A stretch of 64,000 nucleotides of DNA from Hormiphora californensis (Eukaryota; Animalia; Ctenophora), in contig CM035360.1 in NCBI GenBank assembly GCA_020137815.1, positions 1,116,001 through 1,180,000 of the forward strand, written 5' to 3'. Below are positions 45,034 to 57,526 of the stretch, one piece after another. The notes beneath the pieces are model-generated. The model was not told where the DNA came from. It worked only from the letters and a program-made list of their open reading frames with translations, and did no database searches. The position numbers and the translations under genes were made by a program. Numbering within the stretch: position 1 is the first letter of the stretch; the number at the start of each line of letters is the position of its first letter.

Positions 45034-45965
45034 ATATGTAATATAAGGAAGGAAATAATTATAAAGATGGTATAACTTTAAATTATGTAAATGGTTATAC
45101 CATCTTTATAATTATTTCCTTCCTTGAGAAGCACTTATGCACACCCTATATATGGTGCTGGATTTTGACATCAATACTACTTTACTAGGGTAGATCGTAT
45201 CTATAGACCACCTTTATATACCGATACTTTAACTAAGATCATTAGATCAACTTTGTGTTGCCCGCGTAGCGAACATGAGGGGCGCGACGTGCCCAAAACT
45301 TTGTGGGAAGCTGCCTGGTTAATTCTGGTTTTGATTTGTTCAAACCCCCCCCCCCCCCCCCCGGCGGAACTATGTTCTCCATATTGTATGAATACGTGAA
45401 AGGTGTGATAATATAATGGTGGAAAGGAGGCGAAAATTATTATAGTTATAAGGTGGTTCGAATTACAACTACATTCGTACCCCGATTTACCGAGATGCTC
45501 AGGAAATTTTGCCCGGTAAATCGGGGTGCGGGGGTGCCTGGCATTATTATAGCAGAGTGATGTTTTGTTAATTCACTGATTGTATTGCTGTAACAGCAAT
45601 ACAATCTGAATCAGGAAATGCTGTTGAGTAACTGTCAGGCCAATGCTCTGACCACAGTTCTCGCACGAGAATGGGTCAGGCCAATGCTCTGACAGTTGAG
45701 TAAGGGCTTACTCAACAACTCTAATGGGAAGTTTCTACTTTTATTTATTTCTACTTTTATTCGTGTGGTCTATGTGCACATAGGACACATATGTGTCCGG
45801 TTCAAACAATACCTACCTGGAAGTATCTTTCCCTTTCCTTTACTTGTTTCTCCTTACAATCCGAACACGTTAAGCAGTCAGCTGGGATGAGCGACTTGAC
45901 AAAGGGTCTAAAATCTTTTAACAGCTTGACCTGTGAATATGAAGTACGGCGGCTGAGTTATCTTC

Positions 45966-46739
45966 AACCGGGGCAATTCGAACAACTGGGGCAATTCGAA
46001 CATAGTACTGCCCGTCTCTCACCTAGTTAAGCTATCATAATGACGTCATCCTATCTCCAGAAGAAAACTGCTCGTTCGAGCCTGCCCGTTACCACTAAAT
46101 AGGCTCTAGATCCGGTTTAAGTTGGTCAATTTCCGATTTGAAAAAACCAGCTGAAAGCTAATAATATCAGCTTTCAGATGGTATAAAAATTATTTAAATA
46201 TTCGCATGTTTTCATTCCAAATTCTGGTAAATTAAGATTACCGGGGCAATTCGAACAACCGGGGCAATTCGAACATGGGCAATTTGGTTAACACACCGGG
46301 GCAATTTGGTTAACTCCTGGGCCAATGATGTGCAGTTCTTTGTACCACGTGATCACGCGTGATACCGGGGCAATTCGAACAAGAACGACCAGCGTGTAGA
46401 TTGCGTGTAGATTACATTGTTCGAATTGCCCCCACCTCTAACAACACCAGGCGGGAATCTTCTTCTGGTGTTGTGAGGACGTTCACGTGACTCCCACGTG
46501 ACGAAATAAAGCACTCCTATTGGTGTTGTCCGAATTGCCCCGGTACCATTTTTTCCGACCAAAATTTTTAAATTAGTTATTTAGTTAAGTAAATGATGGT
46601 CCCTAGAGTTGAAATTTATCTTATTTGAAAGATAAAATAATGAACTTTAATCCTATATAATTTTTTTCATTGTATCTTTTTTTAAATGGGAGTGAGAACC
46701 GATTAAGTAAAAAGTTAACCATTTTGCCCCGGTTTACCC
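45966..46739. mobile_element. TA-type MITE with CCGGGGCAATTCGAAC subterminal repeats, left end truncated
   Basis: Right end TTTTGCCCCGGTTTACCC|TA; repeated GGGGCAATTCGAAC in both orientations; related in design to 56636-57333. Confidence 0.7.
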
Positions 46740-47449
46740 TATGCAATGTTTTACAACATTAATACTGAAGTTATACTTGAGAAAGGGAGAGAGAAAAAAC
46801 TTCTCGAATTGAAAGCTTCAGATCCTTTAAGTTGAACATGAAGAGGCCAATGGCCATAGTTCTTAGAATAAGTGCAGTGATAGGCGAGAGTTTTCACACG
46901 TTTTATTACTTTTCAGCGCCTGTAAGTGTACATCTACTTGTACTAGAAACTTCTTTTTTATTTTTTATTTCTGAGTGAATAGGTGATCTCTGACTTCCTT
47001 TCTCACTCTGATTTCTCTCAATATAATGGTTTCTTCGATCTCTCCCCCTCTCACTGGAGACTAGAAACTCGAGAAATGGAACCGCTGCTATAATCTTTCA
47101 AGCCCAAAATTATTTCTGCACCTGCTGCCCCTCATTTTTGCCGGGACTCTGGTCTGCTGGTTGTCATAGTAACCATGACTCACCTGTGTTAGATGGAGGT
47201 CCTCGTTCGGATTCTTTCGGTCGATTATCGCTCTCCTGTTTCTGTTAGATATTAACACCATGCTACACACTATAAATACATTGGAGTTATGATCATATTA
47301 GTAGAAATAAAATAAAATGCATTAGTTGTTGCTAAATAAACACCGGTGGGAGAGTAAGAAGAAAGCGCTCTTGTGATTTAGCTTTTTAATAATCTAAGTA
47401 CACATATATTGCATTTGGTGCAGATTGTATTTTTAGTTTTTTAATCTGG

Positions 47450-47582
<133 letters not shown>

Positions 47583-49283
47583 ATGGATATAATGGGGTAA
47601 TCTCAGAACCCGGGCAGCACCTGCTAGGTTGAGAAATTTGAGTAGTCTTTCGTAATTCTGCACTGCATATATTGAACACAGCACCTTCTCTGATGTCGAG
47701 TTTCAGAGTGGTTATAGGAGAGGGAGGAGAGGGAGAGGGAGAGAGGCTAGGAAAGGGAGACGGAGAGAACCTAGGAGAAGCAGGGAGGCTAGGAGAGGGA
47801 GGGAGAGAGCTTAGGAGAGGCAGGGGGAGAGGAAGGCTAGGAATAAAAAATATATTTAAATAGCGAAAAGAGTACTAATACCATTTTTTCTTTTTCATGC
47901 TTCATAATTTACGGTAAATTTTACCCTTCTGTCCTTTTCATTCACATTCTATGTCGCGTTATTCTAACCCATACTTGAATCCATTTTCATTTCGTAACTT
48001 CTGAAGTCTGAACTGAACTATTACATACCACAAAAACCATAGAAAAAGAAGAAATTCGTTTTCTTTGGTTTTTGTGTTAATATAGCTCTCTGCAAAGATC
48101 GAGCACTGGTATAGCCATCAAGCTAACTTTGAATAAGAACTGAACTATTATACTGAACTATGCTGTTTAGACTACTCGACTGCGTAGAAGAAGTCCCCCT
48201 CCGAACAAGGAGGGGCGCGACGTGCTTTAGACTTGCTTTATTTTGGAACTGGTCATCGGCCCTATAACAGCCAACTTTTCCGGAATGTTGAGAGCACCCC
48301 CCCCCCCCCCCTCAGGCCTAAAACAATGTCTATTTTGGTACTTTAAAAAACACTCATTTTGATTTCGTGATTGATTGTTGAACAATCAATCACGAAATCA
48401 ATTTGTTCTAAAACGCTATTTTGCTGTCAGCCCTTCTTAGAACAGGAAGACGTCCCACGACGGTCGACTAGCCCTCCGTCCAGGAATCAGCCAATCAGGG
48501 GCTAGTATTTCCTGATTCGGTCGGTTCCTGCCTCCGCCCTTCCATTAGTCCATTCCTCCACCCCTGTATTATTGGTTTAAACTTGCATATATGTTCAAAA
48601 TATTATGCAATATTGGACCCACGCTTCAAAGAAAAGGCTACCAAGGCTTCGTGGGATAATTTTCAGGGAATAACGGCTAAGCGGCTACATGTTACCCCCC
48701 CCCCCCCCCCCTCTATGTAGACAAATTGCAACCTTGCCTGTATATATAGGCTACCGCCTACCAATTGGATTGTGGGATACTTTCTAGGGAATTTGTTTGA
48801 AAACGGGTAAACGGTAATGTTACCCCTTTATGTAGTCGAGGGGTGAATTCTTTTCGTTATATTACCCCTCTATGGAAAGGAGTGAAGGACATCTTTTAAC
48901 CATTTAGTTGTTTAGCTACACCAATTTAGTCTCGATCAGAATGTCCGCCATACTTAGTTGGTATCCAAGACACGCGGCCTTCGTTTGGTGCGCTTCACGC
49001 GCCGGCAAGGGAGGGGTAACTTCGTTACCATCATACTTAGACGGTCAGTCCCTATACGATGATATATATATATATATATGGAGGCTACACATCAGATGGC
49101 CGATGTGGCATTTTACAGGGGGCTCAATTTAAAAATTATTTTAGGGATTTATTGAGGGAATTTGCTGGTCTTTAGTTTCCCACAAATACTACGGCAGTAA
49201 ATATATTATGTGCTCCCTCTAACACCACGCAATACTGCAGCAGTGCAGGAATGTTGTTATGAAAATTTGAATATGTCGTTATA

Positions 49284-49680
49284 CTGTAAAACTAGATATT
49301 TTCGAGGCAATTAATTTTCGCGATTCGATCAAAATTTACTATTTTCACGATTTTAATTTTCGCTAATCCCACTGCTACCCCCATTTCACGGTCCTAGTCT
49401 ATTATCTAATTACGCCAAGAGTGCAGTCATCATTGCCATGAGACACCAGACCTGCTTGGCGTAGACCAATGAAATGTGAGCATTTTCTCATTGCTGATTG
49501 GCTCTAAGAGATAACCAATCAGGGATGAGACAGAAAATGCTCACATCTCATTGGCTTACAGTTTACGAGTTTTCTGTGAAAAATCATCCAAAATATTTTC
49601 GCGGAATTAATTTTCGCGGATTTTCCAGCCAAAAATAAAGAGCGAAAATAAAAATCTCACGAAAATATCTAGTTTTACAG
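49284..49680. mobile_element. pogo/Tc1-type MITE
   Basis: TA|CTGTAAAACTAGATATTTTCG...CGAAAATATCTAGTTTTACAG|TA, with ATTTTCGCG subterminal motifs. Confidence 0.88.
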
Positions 49681-51292
49681 TATAAAGCCTTCTGCTTTCT
49701 TACAGAGCAACTTACAAAAAAGTACGGGTACTTTTGTCGTTTGAGTACAAATACCTTGAGTACAAATACCTTCGGGCGCCCCTAAGGGTTAGAAAATAAC
49801 AACAAATACCCCCGCCGCCACACGTATTTTGATACAAAAATACCCGCGAGTGCTTATGGTTAACATACCCGGGTACTTATTTGTAAGTTGGTCCCTAAGA
49901 TGCTCTAAAAATTCACGCTAAGTTTTTGTAGTTATTAATTGTTTCTATTGACATTATGATGGGGTCTCTACTCTCTAGAGCAATTTTGATTTTAATTGAA
50001 AGATTTAGAACTCTCAACCAGACGTCTTTATTGAAGTATCACGTTATCAGTTATATCTGTTAAATTCATTAGCCCACCCTCAAAAGTTCAAAAGTGCATT
50101 TAGTTAATGCTTGAATTCCAGGGGGGTATTTATTCAAAGCTGTCAAACGTAGTGGAATAGTGGGACCACCTATGTTGCTAAGTATCATATCTTATAAAAT
50201 ATAAATATCTTATAAAATATAAATATCGCAGAAATAGTGTATACCGACAGAATAGTCAGAATATTCTATCGGTATAAACTGTTTCTGCGATATAAAATAT
50301 GACTACCATAATTCTGCCGGGTATTTAGATTAAATGTCACTCACGGGAAATAGAATATGCTACGTGAACCTATTATACAATATACGTGCAGTCTATCATG
50401 TGATCTATCATGTGTGATATTAATAGAAATTGACAAGTAACTCAAGTATTTATATGCCTTAATTCTTGCATTTGATGGAGGTATGGGAAAAGGGTAGCGA
50501 TCTAACTTATGTCGATACTGTCGAGGTGGATTATATCGCTCTCCCACTCCTTGGCAGCGTACAGGGTATAGCGCGACGTGCCCAACCCACTTCCCAGTTC
50601 TATAATAGTCTCTTTTTGTTACCGCATAGGCTAGGCATGTCGTTACTGGTGAAGTGTGAACAGGTCCTTATTAAAGTGCACCCAATTTCCACCTGCTGCA
50701 GTGCAGCTGCAGCCTTGTGTTTTATATAGGGTTCGGTAGCTTGCCGATAGTCTAAGTAATTCCCGTCGTTGTTTGTTAAATCATCCTATCGGAATACTAG
50801 CTAGTACATAATGGTATCCTTTCATTCCAATTTCCAATGAATTGTAATTCTAGAATCTACGGAATCTAGCATTTCTCTAAACTAAGAACCATCCGGGATT
50901 GATCTGGCTTTTTTAAGGCTCCAATTTCTAATGAATTATAAAATTCTCTAAACTATTTGAATAATCCCCACGCTGGGACGTACGTGGGGCGTACGCAAGA
51001 TACCCCCAAAATAGTTGAGTCTGCAGCTTGCCTGTTCTACAGCTCCGAAAGAGGGCAAATTAATGAAAGTCCGCAGCTTGTCTACTACTTCCCCAAAGAT
51101 ATTATAATAGTATAGGGGTTTAAAAGAGTTGCAATTTCTTATTTTCTCTAGCATTTATATCATTTTGTGATAGTAGGATAATTTCTGGCACCATTGTCAA
51201 TTGATTACTTTCCATAGAACAGCATAGAAAGCTCTGGAATTTAGTTGCTCCAATTAATAGACAGGTGTGCGATACAGTGTGTGATCAAGTAG

Positions 51293-51393
51293 CAGCCGGA
51301 CCCCGATTTACCGGGATGCTCGGGGAAGGGCTTTGCCAGGTAAATCGGGGTACCCAGTATTATATCGGGGCCCGGTAAATCGAGTTTCGACTG
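51293..51393. mobile_element. MITE, CAGTCGGACCCCGATTT family (diverged)
   Basis: CAGCCGGACCCCGATTTACCGGG...CCCGGTAAATCGAGTTTCGACTG|TA. Confidence 0.75.
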
Positions 51394-53303
51394 TAGTAAC
51401 AGCCGGTTGAGGGTTATTATCACTGAACCATGAAACGATGCTCGTTTGTGTGTATCTGTGTGTGTCAGTGTGTAATTGTAGATGAAGATAGTTATTACAA
51501 TACTGGGCCAGTGTGGAGAGATCACGATAGAGAGATAGAGAGATAGAGAGATAGAGAGCGAGCGAAAAAAAAGAAAGAATGTGTCTCTATTTTTTGCTAT
51601 ATCACATTTATTTCTCAAATTCTTTGCTTGAGTATATTTTGAGGAGCGTCACCCGCCTCACTAAAAATATGTACGTTTCTTATTCTTATGACTCTGCTAG
51701 CTATACTACCCTCCTATTATAGTATGACTTATGTATGAATGTATTACCCTCTGATTATGTATGCATCTTCACTCTATTAAATTGGGATGGTAATGGTTAT
51801 GGGATGTGTGTAGTGGAGGCTCTTGCGGTGTTTTCCGCGCCGTGGGGGCTTCTGCTTGTGTCGTTGCTGGTAACTTCCACCTCTCACATAACAAGTCCGA
51901 TTCAGTCCACCTCCGCGTGGTCCATCCTGGTAACGTCAATCTGTTAAGGGAGAGAGAGAGTGGGTGAGCGAGTTAGAGAGAGTTCTGAGAGAGTGACGGC
52001 TAAATGACTACGGACGTCCAGACAACTTCTGGATTCTGACTCACGTCAACCCCGCTATATACAGCAACCCCTGAGGGCTCTGCCCGTCGACCCGGCTGCT
52101 GTCGCCTGCAAAACAGCTCTCTTGCCCATGGCTGTCTTTATGACAGGGCAGAGATAAACCCAGTAATAACCAAGTAGGGGCTGGTCGCCCCTGGGGAACC
52201 CCTGCCCAAATTTGCACCTAAAAACCTCTGCCTATTTAACCCCCACACCCTATTTGTTCCAAAAAACAGATCTAGACACAAAATAACTTACCGAACAAAC
52301 TGCGCGCACAGTTCCAAGCCCAAGTTCTAGACTCCTCAGACACACCCTACCCCCCCCCCCTAATCCCAAGCTCCGCACATGCGTGATCTCCACACCTACA
52401 ACAAATCACCGAGCCTCAGACACGCACACCCCAAAACAAGGCAAGTGACAAACCTACAAATCTGAAAGACCCTTTAGTAGTCAGGGAAAAGCCCATTACA
52501 GTTTGGGACACTTAAACAATGGTACCCTTATTCAAATAGCAGACACGCTTACACTGAGACCCCTCGCATTAATTACGCGAAGCCTTGAGTGAACTGATAC
52601 TGGTCAAATGCACTCAGGGACAACCATAGACGTTGTTTTACAGCAACTAATCTATAACCTGGCCACCCGGCGATGGCAACATCGCCTGACCGGACCCTTG
52701 GGTCGTACTTGTGAATACATTACTAGCTAGCTTAGACTACAAGACCCTTGGTGTAAAGATAAGCATTTAATCCCTTGATAGGTAATCAATGATATCCGGC
52801 AAATCACCTACTTCCACAGTTGTCGTGACAGTGGTAACCAAAGACCAACCAATTGGACGGTAAGTCCCATCACATGTCTGCGGGGAAAGATTTCTCCGTG
52901 CCAAATCCGACACAGACTCGCATGCTCCTTTTGCGGTACCATAAAGAGACTGCTGGGAAACCAGTGGAATCTAAGTGGAATCATACCGACAGTGACCCTG
53001 CGTGTGGGGGTCATCTGGCAAGGAGTGAGGTCAGTAACGGGCCGGCTGAGGGGTCATCAATAACCTCAGCATGGGGTGGAACGACGGGAGGTACTGAACA
53101 CACACACACACACTCTATTAAATTTAGCTGGTATGGTAAATTCCTGATTCGTGCCTCGCTCGACCCTGTTTCACCACGCTCTGCAGGGTTTGGACAAGAA
53201 CAAGTACTATATTCATTTTGCAAATTGCATTATCTATTTTTTGGTATTTGGGAGATTCCCATTATTGGTACATATCAACCGAAAAACTTTTTCTCGGAAT
53301 ACT

Positions 53304-53548
53304 TACCTTACTCTCGTTAATTAAGCTCGCATATTTCAAGAAACTTTTAAATAAGAAACTTTTTTTCTAGGAAAATACAGGTGTAAACAATCCAAAAACA
53401 AAAAGAATTTCTTCTTTATCAAGAAACTATACAAGTTAGGGGTGTTCTATTTTGTTGTGGTGTCTCTGAGTTGTGTGATTTACATTTGAAAAGTTTCTTA
53501 TAAAAAAGTTTCTTACTAAAGCGTTTCTTAAAAAACGAGAGTAAGGTA
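53304..53548. mobile_element. Small TIR element with a long flanking direct repeat (Mutator-like?)
   Basis: TACCTTACTCTCGTT...AACGAGAGTAAGGTA; TTTTCTCGGAA occurs on both sides. Confidence 0.55.
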
Positions 53549-54067
53549 TTTTCTCGGAAGGGGGATGGGCCACGGCCACTTGCCAGTGCAGTGATAATGG
53601 TATCTCTCCAATGTGTAACGTGAGCAGGTTCGTTTTTTGTAATGGCTCTATCTCTTTTTCTATCCCCCTTCTTCCCTTTCTCTCTCGTGCTTTTTGTCGA
53701 TCAAACAGAACTGTGTGCTACATTGACCACCTGGTAGTGACTGGTCACTTGGTGACATATAGACACCTGTGTGTGAGCTCAATCTTGGTCGCGCCAGGTG
53801 TCTATGTCACCAAACTGGTCACTAGGAGTGGGGTATAGCAGAGAGAATTTTCTCGAAACAATAATTATACCATGCACTATATAGATTTTAGATAGTCGAG
53901 AGAATGCATTTACCCTTTGGTGAGCGTGGATCTAGCATGCGACTGAGTGTACGCGCTCATCGCGGGACCCCTTCAATATTTTTCTGGTAGGGGAGAATGC
54001 ATTTACATAATTCTTAACATTACAAGTCTAGACTATTTCACTAGACCAGTTCGTGTGCATCTTATTA

Positions 54068-54239
54068 CAGTCGGACCCCGATTTAGGGGCCCCCGATTTA
54101 GTGGCACCCCGATTTAGGGACAGGATTTTTTTTCTCTGATATAGGAAATTAACCTTATTTGACCCCGATTTAGTGGACACCCCGATTTAGTGGACAAGAG
54201 CCTTTCCCCCGAGGGTGTCCCTAAATCGGGGTCCGACTG
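54068..54239. mobile_element. MITE, CAGTCGGACCCCGATTT family
   Basis: TA|CAGTCGGACCCCGATTTAGGG...CCCTAAATCGGGGTCCGACTG|TA, with internal CCCCGATTTA repeats. Confidence 0.88.
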
Positions 54240-56635
54240 TATATTAAATTAGAATTATGAAAAGGCATCAAATTACTGTACTATTACTCACGTCCCAATT
54301 AGCGGATTACGGGAGCCCGAAAGAAATGCCCGAAATAGATTGCCCGAAATATATATTTGTGCATTACGTACTGGTGAAATTGTGGTGAAACGTAAGGCGC
54401 AGATGAATCTTTCGGGCGATCTATTCGGGCTCTCCTTTCGAGCCCCGTAATCCCCCGTGTTATTGTCTTAACGATTAACAGGGAGAATTGATGCGTACCA
54501 TGTCACATACACATTGACTCTCGATGCTCCAACCCCCATTATATAAGCATACCATTAAGCTATGCTATGCAACAGTTGATTCAATAGATAATCTAATGTT
54601 CAAGGCCATGGAGATAATAGTATAATCAAAACTTATTTATATGCAATATATAGAGTAACTGTTTCGTACAATCAATACTCTGCTACTATATCAAACTGGA
54701 CACCTACAAGCAGCGAATGCAATATAGTACTCAAATAAAGGCTGTTCAATTGTGCTTGCGATGGTGTGTAAGTTTTAAAACTATGGGCCCCCTCTCAATA
54801 GCTCAACAGTATTTATAATTTCTGCATGTATAATGATCTTATATCGTGCTTCAGTATTAACTTTTCTTTGTGATCTCTAATTAACCTTATTTTAATCAAT
54901 CAATTGTTTTAATTATATTCATTGCATCCCCTCCTAATTCGTATGTAGTCTCATACTGCGAACTATACATTTAATACACATGGATCAATACAATTGACCT
55001 TTTATAATACATATCATATAAACTAGTAGGCCCGTTCGCCCTACGGGCGAATTTCGGGGAAATGGTAGCTGGATTAGGGAACGCTGACATCACCTGCACC
55101 ATCCGTTCCTAGCCTATCTCTCACTTTCTCCCTATACTACGTTGTTTTACGTTATGTTGTTGTACGCTCTGGGCTTCCTGACAATGTCAAGGTGCGAATT
55201 TAAAAAGTCAATGGCAGGGAGGTTCAGTGCTGTTACAGAAACTCATCACGTGAAAACTTGGCCGCTATGTAGCCAATTCAGAGATTTCTATATTCGATTG
55301 GAGTAATCACCCTTGGGCGACGTTGGGTAAAGCTATCAGTAGTCGTTGATTGGCTCGCTTGAACACGTTGGCGTAATCTGTCATATTCTCTAGCCTGCTC
55401 TCTGACAGCAGCAGATCTTCCGGACCCAGATGACCGTTGCCGAATAGCGCTTGGGGTTGAAGAGTTAGACATCAGGACAAAAGTAAAAGAATGCACGTGC
55501 AGAATTGAATTTCCCTTAGTACCCAAAACTGGGAGTGAGGTTTCTAAATTGCTCTAATAATTGCACGTGCAGGTGTAGTTGCTAGGTGATGTAGCACTGA
55601 CAATTTGAATAGTAAGTAGTATGATACTTAATACTCCTGTCTATTCCATACTGCCATAATTTGGACTCTGCCAAAGCTTTGGAGTGTTTCCATTTGTTTG
55701 TATTGGGTCTTCCTCCTTCGCGGTTTCCTATGGTGATAAGCCCCGTGTACATCTTTCTAATTGGGCTGTTTAGCCACATACGCTGAGTGCAAGCCTCATA
55801 CTAATGGTGTTTTGTTGAGTAAGGGGGACACACTCTTCCCCCTTACTCAACAAATGGTGTTGTAAATGTCCTTATGGATAAGTCTAGGACATATATTATA
55901 TCATCTAGGACATCTATACTATATCATCTATACTATATCATCTATATCCTCGATTTTAAATGCATGTCGTCATCTAAAAGCCACGTGGTATTATTGAGCT
56001 CAGTCTTTGATGCGAATAGTAAAGTATTATATATAATACTTATAAGTTATAAGTCCCACCCTGCTATAAAAAGTAGAACGCTCGTAACGATCGTTCGACG
56101 ACCGATATCGTTAGTTTAAGCTGGTCGTCAAACGCCCGTGAAACGACCAGCTGAACGATCGTTATACGAGCGTCTTACTTTTAGCAGAGAGTATCTTTTT
56201 ATTGCAAAACTCACTTTTGTCTTTCTGTAATACTAATATAGTCTGTTATAAAGTCTGTTATGAGTAGTTGAGATCACATCTTTCTTCATTCAATTCACAC
56301 ACTGTTTTCGAGTAACTAATTGCAGTTGGCATAGTTTGAGCTCACACCTACGATACATCGTAAATAGAAATTAATTTGTTGAATTAGGACGGCACAACAA
56401 TATGTAATTGGAAATTTGCATAAATCCTAAAATAATTTAGTTATCCTTCTCGGTTGCTATTGATATTTTGTTGATGGGGCTAAAGAAAAAAATGCGAATA
56501 ATTGTTACCGATTTGTCTGTCAGGCCACCGATTTGTCTGTCAGGTCAATGCTCTGACCACGATTCTCCCTCGCGTGCAGAGCAGGAGGATTTCCTTATTT
56601 GAAAATAAAATTGCTTGCCGATTTGTTCATCATTA

Positions 56636-57333
56636 GGGTAAGCTGGGGCGAAATGGTCCACGGGGCAATGTGGCCAATGTATGGGGCAAAGTGGCCCTAG
56701 TGATAACATGTGGTCACGTGACTTTTTCTCCAGCGGAGACCTGCTCGTTCTGTTCCGAATTTTCGCTTTAAAACTGCTGTCATTTCTGTTTGGGTTGGCC
56801 GATTTTAATTTTGCAAAAACTGCCAGTTAGGCTTTATAATTCTCTAAAACGTGCAGGTATAAAAATTTTGAAGAAATTGGCAATTTTTTTTGTCTTAATT
56901 GTCAATTTTGTGAAATCGGGGCGAATATGGCCCACTCTCCGGGGCAAAGTGGTCCGGTCTGGGGCAAAGTGGCCCACCTCTAGGACCAATGAAATGGCGC
57001 CTGCAATACCACGTGACATTGGAATGCACAAAAATGTAGTCCAGACGGTCAAATTAGGGGCAAAGTGGCCCATGTTCTGCACCGGAACGTGATAAAATCG
57101 AGCAATGCTATTGGCTTGGGCCACTTTGCCCCGGTGCAAATTTTCCAAAAAAGCCTCACCAAATTATTTGAATTGATTAATTAACCCATTAAATAAAACT
57201 TGTAGATTTTAAAATTTAGCTCGGCTGAAAGGAAAAGGTTTCATTGGATAGCCTATATATATTTTTTCTTCCTGCTGTATACATTGCGTATTTTAGAACC
57301 TAAAACGTGGGCCACTTTGACCCCAGCTTACCC
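56636..57333. mobile_element. TA-TSD MITE with GGGGCAAAGTGGCC subterminal repeats, about 200 bp upstream of the GPCR start
   Basis: TA|GGGTAAGCTGGGG...CCCCAGCTTACCC|TA. Confidence 0.88.
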
Positions 57334-57526
57334 TACCATTCATTCGAGCCTTTTAGTACCTTTTAGGTTTGCTAATGCACAAAACAGGCTGGAGGCCTAA
57401 AGCCTTATTTCGTAAGGTAGTAGTACCTTTAAGTGGTTCAATATAGTTTGCTAGTTGAAATAATTACTCTCTTAAATCTCTTGAATCTCTTGAAACTTAT
57501 ATAATTCACTTCTCAAGTACCATAAT

